From Vulcanimicrobiota bacterium (GTDB lineage Bacteria > Vulcanimicrobiota > Vulcanimicrobiia > Vulcanimicrobiales > Vulcanimicrobiaceae): a stretch of 64,000 nucleotides of DNA. A program made the translations under genes and the position numbers. The stretch lies in NCBI GenBank assembly GCA_963815165.1, contig CAWFFL010000002.1, positions 289,023 through 353,022 on the forward strand, written 5' to 3'. Of the stretch, positions 58,208-64,000 are shown in pieces (position 1 is the stretch's first letter; every line of letters begins with the position of its first letter). A model generated the notes under the pieces. The model ran no database searches, was not told the origin of the DNA, and saw only the letters and a program-made list of their open reading frames with translations.

Positions 58208-58783
58208 ATGAACGAGCAACAGTGGGAAGTCGAGGTGCAGCAGCGCCTTATTATCAACGAAGGGCGCTCGGCGACAGCGTACAACGATTCGGCTTCGCCG
58301 CCGAATCCGACGATCGGAATCGGATTCAATTTGAATCGATCGGACGCGCGGGAGGCCTTGGCGAGCGTCGGAGCCGACTACGACGCCGTGAGGTCGGGCA
58401 GTCCTCTCACGGATCAGCAGATCGCGGCACTCTTTGCATACGCGCTTGCGCCGGTCGTCGATCAGGCACGCGCATCGCTGCAACCGTTCCACTTCGATTC
58501 TATGAGCGATGCCCGCCGCTTCGTCATATGCGACCTCATCTTCAACCTCGGGGATGATGGCTGGCTGACTTTCACGCAGAGCCGTAGTCTCATCGACCAG
58601 GCTTGCCATGCCATGCGGTCGGGACAGAACGACGCTGCACATGCGCTCTTCGCCCAAGCCGCAGTCGCAATGGCGGACTCATTGTGGTACTCGCAAGTCG
58701 GCAATCGCGCAAAACGCGACTGCGCAATGATGAAATCGTCGGTTTGGTGCGACCCCAATGGGGACGGCTCCGACGTCGCCTGA
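58208..58783 (+). CDS. GH24 (T4-type) lysozyme
   Basis: LIINEGRSATAYNDSASPPNPTIGIGFNL matches the T4 lysozyme E-G-x5-Y-x-D...T-I-G-I-G catalytic region. GGGAGGGA Shine-Dalgarno upstream. Confidence 0.75.
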   Translation: MNEQQWEVEVQQRLIINEGRSATAYNDSASPPNPTIGIGFNLNRSDAREALASVGADYDAVRSGSPLTDQQIAALFAYALAPVVDQARASLQPFHFDSMSDARRFVICDLIFNLGDDGWLTFTQSRSLIDQACHAMRSGQNDAAHALFAQAAVAMADSLWYSQVGNRAKRDCAMMKSSVWCDPNGDGSDVA

Positions 58784-58786
58784 GTT

Positions 58787-60350
58787 CTAGGCCTTTTTCG
58801 ACTGCGGTGCCAAGAGCAACGATAAATCCCCTCGTTGCGCGACTTCGGCAATTAGCGCGGCCCGGTTTTTGACTCCGTACGTTCTAAATACGGCCTTGAG
58901 GTGATTGCGGATCGTATGCTGGCTCAAACCCAGTTCGCTCGCAATTTCTGCCGTCGTCATTTTCTGGCATAGCAGCGAGAAGACTCGATGCTGCATCGGC
59001 GGCAATTTCACCGACGGCTTATCGCGCTCGGCGCAATCGTTACGAAGGTCTCGAGCCAACCAGGATGCAGGAAACATCTCCAGTTTGTCCTCGGCTAAGT
59101 GGCGCCAGCGGTCCTTCTTCGTAACTTGCCACAACCGCATCGCTGTGCGGGCAGCACGCCAATCGTACCCGATGCGATCGAAGATTACCCAAGCTCGACG
59201 GAAGGCCTCTTCAGCACCGGCGTTGCGCGCCGCGAGCTTGACGACGCCCTCCGTATATGCCGTGTAGGCGTCCATGCGGTGGTCGAAAGCAATGAGGTGC
59301 AATGGGGAGCGAACCTTATCGAGACCTTTATAACGAGCCAGATAGTATCGAGAGCGCTCGGCATCAATTCGGGCGGTTGCGCGCGCCAATAACAGCAACG
59401 CCATCCGTTCTTCGCCCAGCAAGGCGTTCCAGTCAATGCCTTCGGCTAGTGACTCCGCCTTAGCAATCTCATCGCGCGCCCAGTTTTGCTCGTCGACTAT
59501 CCCGGCGAAATACGCGCGGTCCAGCAAGAGAATAACCGCGAAGACGTCGCTGGTTATGCTGCGTTCGGCAGCACGCAGGTAGCGGAAGCATCCCAGCATG
59601 TCGCCGCGCAACGCGCAGGACCACCCGACCGCCTTGAAAGCCTGAAAATGCTGCGTTTCGAAGTCGAGTGGCCATTCGATCGGCTGATCGATCTCGTTAC
59701 GTGCCATGGCTGCCGCTTCATCAAACGCCAGCTCGCGGCCAAGGAGTGCCAGATTCTGAACTGCGTGGAACCATTCTTCCAAATGCTGCTCGCGGCGCTT
59801 ACCGATCAGATGTATCGCGTTCATCAGACTTTGCGCTGGATTCGCGATAGCGTTCTTCGTGGCAATAGATAAATGAACGCAACATTTCACCGGAGATCTT
59901 GGCCCGTTGGGATTTGTCGCCAGCCACTTCGCCGGCAAACGTCCAGGCATCTTCGAGTCGGCCTTCGAGCATCGAGCGCCGGGCGAGATGGTACGCCAAT
60001 TGTGCGCGATCCGCCGGCGCCTTGAGGAGGCGGCGAGCTAATCCGAAGTGATGATCGGCGCGCTCGAAGTCACGCATGCGCGCGTACCCTACACCCAGAA
60101 GCATCTCCCATTCTCCACGATGCTTGAGAGCATTGGAGCGAGGCGGACGCCGGACCAAGAATGCCACGGCCTTGTTCTCGTCGCGCTTGAGGAGTATGCG
60201 CGCACGCATCAGATCGTCTTCGTAGGACGCGGCTTCGCCGTCTTCGACCGCTCTGTCGTAAATCTCGCCGGCGGCGGTGAACTCGGCTCGGCTAAAATGG
60301 CCTCGCATCTCCTCACGCCAGTCGCTGGTCGTGAGTTGCTTCTTTCGCAT
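58787..60350 (-). CDS. LuxR-family regulator (TPR-like N-domain + C-terminal HTH), frame broken once
   Basis: MQHRVFSLLCQKMTTAEIASELGLSQHTIRNHLKAVFRTYGVKNRAAL is the LuxR/GerE HTH. ORFs 59799..60350 and 58787..59950 join if one A of the AAA run at 59871..59873 is removed. Confidence 0.75.
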
Positions 60351-60411
60351 AGCCGATATGATTAGGCGGCGGCGGGGTTACGCCCCGCCGCCGCACGTGA
60401 CTCCGTCCGAA

Positions 60412-60594
60412 TTAGCCCGGCATCGTGCCGCCGCCGTCGCCGCCTTGCTGACCTCCGGCCGCCCCGGAGCCTCCGCCGCCATCGGCCGGAGTCACGCTCG
60501 AGCTTCCACCGGACAAATGCGAGAATCCCGACCCTCCGGGAGTACCCATGAGGAGGCTCAGCATCATCGCCACAGCGTGAAGAAATAGGAACAT
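60412..60594 (-). CDS. possible small Gly-rich secreted peptide
   Basis: 60 aa with a hydrophobic N-terminus (MFLFLHAVAMMLSLLMG) followed by a Gly/Ser-rich region. GGAAAGGA lies 9 nt upstream of the ATG. A short ORF like this in GC-rich DNA could be spurious. Confidence 0.25.
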   Translation of the reverse strand: MFLFLHAVAMMLSLLMGTPGGSGFSHLSGGSSSVTPADGGGGSGAAGGQQGGDGGGTMPG

Positions 60595-60656
60595 AGGGGG
60601 TTGTCCTTTCCGCCGTACAAGAAACGGCAGTTTGCCTAATCGGCTAGCCCAAGCGG

Positions 60657-62246
60657 CTAGCCTATTGGCATTATCGGACTGCAGGCAGTGAGGTCAAGGG
60701 GTCGCGAGGACGCCGCGCCGCCGGCGGCGTTTGCTACGCCGCCGCTTAGGAAGCCGAACGGCGCGGCACGCTGGAGGGCAGCGTCGGGAAGGGACGCCAG
60801 ACACGGCAGCGCGCGCATCGGGATCGAGCGTCGAGCCCACTTATACATCGCGTATTCGTTATCCGGGTTTCGGTTGAGCGTCACGCGCACGTACGTAAAT
60901 TGATTCGGCTGAATCAGACGATTGATATCCACCGAAGGCCGATAGATCGTCGGCCGGTATTCGATATACTGGCTATCGCTCACGGCTTCGATATAGATCG
61001 CGTGATGGCGTTGGCCGTCGGGACCGACACCACTTCGGATAGTTGAGGTAAAAGGAGTAGGATCCGACCGCGACGTCATTATGGATCGGCGAGTTGCCGA
61101 GGATCGCATCCGAGGAGTTCAGCGACGCGTCAATAACCTGCTGACGCATCGCCGCCTCAGCGGGAGTCTCGGCGGGCGGTGGAACGTAATCGCCGCTTGA
61201 CGGCCGGGAAGGCGGTAAGGTGATGTCTGTGCGGGTCGCCTTCGAATCTCTTGCTCGTCCCAAAATGCGATCATGCAATCGTCGATCGGACGGCCCGCCT
61301 GATCTCTTCAAGCCAAAAACCACTGTGGAATTCGCATCCTCCGGTTGACCAGTCGCCCAGGCACGTTCTGAGCCATCCACAGTTGCGCAAGTGCGTCGTA
61401 ACTGGGCGTCGGAAGTCTGCAGCGCCGTCAACAGCGCCGTGAAGGCCGGGTCGGCGGCATCGGTCGCGTGCAGTATCCCGGTATCGCTGTCGAAGTGAGA
61501 GTACCCGTGCAGAATCAGATGCGGAACGCGCCGGCTAAGGACGCGGGGCGTTACGAGCGGCGGATCGACGTCGGGATTGGCCTCCAAGAACGTGTAGTTC
61601 AAGTTTGCTCCGCTGATGCGTACCGTATTGTCGCTTCCGCTCTCGCAGGTCGCCCAGAATAGATTCATCGCCTTATCGTTGCCGATGAAGTCGCCGCCAA
61701 GACTAAATGCAAGCATCTGACGATAGAGCGGATACTTGGCGTCGTTCCAAGCGGTGAGCCATTCATCGTTGAGGCGCCAGAGAAAGTCGCTGCCGTATTC
61801 CAGATCGGTCGAGAACGCCTTTGCCCACGGAAAGCACGTGCTTGAAGAGCAGCTTCTGCAGATAGCCGATCGGCGTTTTTCCGATTTCGGCAAGACTCGA
61901 GCCATGATTTGCGCCGGCCATGGTCACGATGCGTTGCGGCAGCACGGCCCGCATCCGGCGTTGCCGCCGCCGCGCGCCGATTCAAAATCCATCGACGAAC
62001 GACCAATGCGCCGGTCGAGTGACAAACGAACGCGGCAGCGCGAACGTCGAAACCGGTCGCTTCAAGGTCGGCGACGCGCATCTCGAGTGCGCCGGCAAGA
62101 TCGTCGATCCTTACAAAATCATCGAGCGAGTCGAACGCCGACAAGACGATCGTATCGAAGCCGGCTGCATTCAAGAGCTCGGGAATATGCTGGTACGCCC
62201 CGAGCGAAGTCTCGCTGTATCCGTGAACGAGGACGACGGAAGGCAT
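60657..62246 (-). CDS. alpha/beta-hydrolase (lipase/esterase-like) protein with a large C-terminal region, frame broken three times
   Basis: MPSVVLVHGYSETSLGAYQHI..AAAFVCHSTGALVVRRWI contains the GxSxG-type nucleophile elbow, followed by RIVTMAGANHGSSLAEIG. Pieces of ORFs 61665..62492, 61763..61954, 60973..61905 and 60657..61109 join in order. Confidence 0.6.
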
Positions 62247-62263
62247 CGTCTTGGGTCCTTTCT

Positions 62264-63985
62264 TTACGCTGAGAGCATAACGTCGGCGGCCTTCTCGGCA
62301 ATCATGTACGTGGCGCTCGCAATAAAAAATCCGGGTATGCGCGGAAAGACCGATGCGTCGACGACCCGCAAGCCGCTCGACGCCGTGAACTCGGAAGTCG
62401 CCACTTAGCACGCCGCCCTCGCCCGCTGTCGCCGATCGGGCAGGTGCAGGAAGCGTGATGCCCCCATGCGTTCGCTCGGATGAAGTCGCCAAGTTTTTCG
62501 TCGGTGTCGTACTCCGGCCCGGGCAGCTCTTCTTCGATCACCCCGTCGTCGCGCAACGGCCTGCCAAGGCCGCGCACGTGCTTGACGCCTTCGACCATCG
62601 CCGCAAGATCCGCGTCGCCCCCTTCCTCGAAATAGTTGAAATTGATATCGGGAGAGATCGCGAGGATCGCAAGAGCGCAGTCGAACGGTTCCGGTGCGGT
62701 TGCGCGTGTGGGCCTTTAACACCACCCACGTCATGTAGTCGAGTTTCTGCGTCAGATCGCGCGAGAAGCCTGGGTAATAGCCGTGAAAATCGGCAAGCAG
62801 CAACATGCAGAACAAATCGGGGACTTTGCCGGCGACGGAGGAACAACGCGCAAGTGCGAGCGCGGCTCCGTTGGTCGTGTAGACGCCGCACGGATCCCGG
62901 CCGCTCCACTCCCGTATATTGCGGGTCGTCCGGCGAGAAGGTTGCTCCGCGAAAGAACGGCCAAGGACGCTTCAGCCGATTGACGACACCAATCTCGTAG
63001 CGATCCTGCAAATTGCTCGCCGACGCCGTCCAATGGAACGCGTACGTCTATTCCCATCGTGCGCAGGTGATCCGGCGGCCCGATCCCCGAGAGCATCAAC
63101 AACTGCGGCGTGTTGAATGCACCGCCGGCGAGCACTACGTCGCGTCGGGCTCTGACGCTTTGTCGTTTCTCCGCCGCAAAGGTACTCGACTCCGACCGCG
63201 CGGGCACCCTCAAAAAGCACGCGGGTCGCCAAAGCGTCGAGCTCGATTCTCAATTTTTCGCCGGCTCGACGCTGAACCTGTCGCAGTCGTTCACGCGCGC
63301 CGATACGCCGGTGGCGCGCCGTGGTCAGTGGGACGGATCGAACCCCAGTCGAGTTCTGTGCAACCAATCGCCAATCGTTCGCATCCACTCCCGCCTGCGC
63401 AATCCATCGCAGCGTCCGGATTTTGGCCGGGTCCTCCGCGTACTCCAGCGCGATCTCCCTCCAGAGCGGCTCGAATACGTCCAACGAGTCGAGCAGTGAG
63501 AGCCGCGGCAGCTCCGTGCGGAGCCAGCCGCGAAAACCGTGCCGGGACGGATTGATTCCGAAGATGCTCAAGAAGCGCTCGAGCGGACGGTACGAGCACT
63601 TCTCCAGCCGCTCGAAGTAGCGCCGCATCCGCTTCGCCGACCACGACTCGTCGCACGTTAGTTTGGCGATTGCTTCCCAATCCTCGTCGTGCGGATAGAC
63701 GAAGATCATGGCGTTGTGCGCAGTGCAGCCGCCCAACGTGCGGGCGCGCGGGTAGAGCACGTTGGCGTCGCGACCGCGATAGTGGCTGACGTAGTAATCC
63801 CACTTTACCCCGTCGTTCTCGCACTCGAGCGCGTGAAACGCCGGCACGTCGTAATCGCAGGGAACGACGTCACGCGGATCGCCGCCGGCTTCGAGCACGA
63901 TGACGCTCGCACCCCGTTCCGCCAAACGTGCGGCGACCGTTCCGCCTCCGGCTCCGGAGCCGACGACGACGTAATCGAACTCCAC
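62264..63985 (-). CDS. GMC-family FAD oxidoreductase (choline dehydrogenase-like), frame broken at least six times
   Basis: [51 protein letters not shown] is the N-terminal FAD motif. [21 protein letters not shown] is the mid-protein motif. My translation of the last frame gives [34 protein letters not shown], with the stop at 62264. Confidence 0.75.
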
Positions 63986-64000
63986 GTTATTCGAAAACTT

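Noticed and set aside
58073-58657. Upstream extension of the membrane-protein ORF (56972..58657)
   Set aside because: It is antisense to the well-supported GH24 lysozyme gene and has Arg-rich composition. ATG 58072 has a GGAGGA Shine-Dalgarno and begins a TM helix.

Overview
GC-rich bacterial chromosomal window that is almost fully coding. I recognised no rRNA, tRNA, CRISPR array, transposase or integrase. The centre-piece (16.5-36.9 kb, minus strand) is a complete Afp/PVC-type extracellular contractile injection system (eCIS): sheath, tube, chaperone-like and tape-measure-like proteins, DUF4255 cap, AAA+ ATPase, tube-initiator, LysM, gpD hub, gpV/VgrG spike, PAAR, gp25, two gpJ-like wedges, a gpI-like/beta-helix fibre and a DUF6519 protein. 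These genes are chained by ATGA/GTGA/TAATG overlaps. The same transcription unit continues into four tandem DUF4157 zincin-domain proteins with unrelated C-termini (putative cargo) and a small Cys-rich ORF. A SARP/BTAD regulator lies divergent to the operon. Left flank (0-7.2 kb): ugd, a UDP-glucuronate decarboxylase and a glycosyltransferase are co-operonic with an NlpC/P60 protein, a proteasome-beta-like Ntn hydrolase and a methyltransferase. A LAS/M15 peptidase at 5594..6367 carries the same ~75-aa N-terminal leader as the NlpC/P60 protein. Right flank: a GT4 glycosyltransferase, three tandem paralogues of unknown function, and a coiled-coil/GH5-like protein. Next comes a 1504-aa IPT + coiled-coil + BNR-propeller protein ending in ~250 aa of Ser-Asp repeats, adjacent to two glycosyltransferases. 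Beyond that lie a membrane protein-patatin-transmembrane NB-ARC STAND operon, a GH24 lysozyme, a LuxR regulator, an alpha/beta hydrolase and a GMC oxidoreductase. At least 17 reading-frame breaks interrupt otherwise intact genes. All are +1, and most of those I could localise sit in short homopolymers, so I read them as assembly indels rather than decay and merged the ORF-track pieces accordingly.
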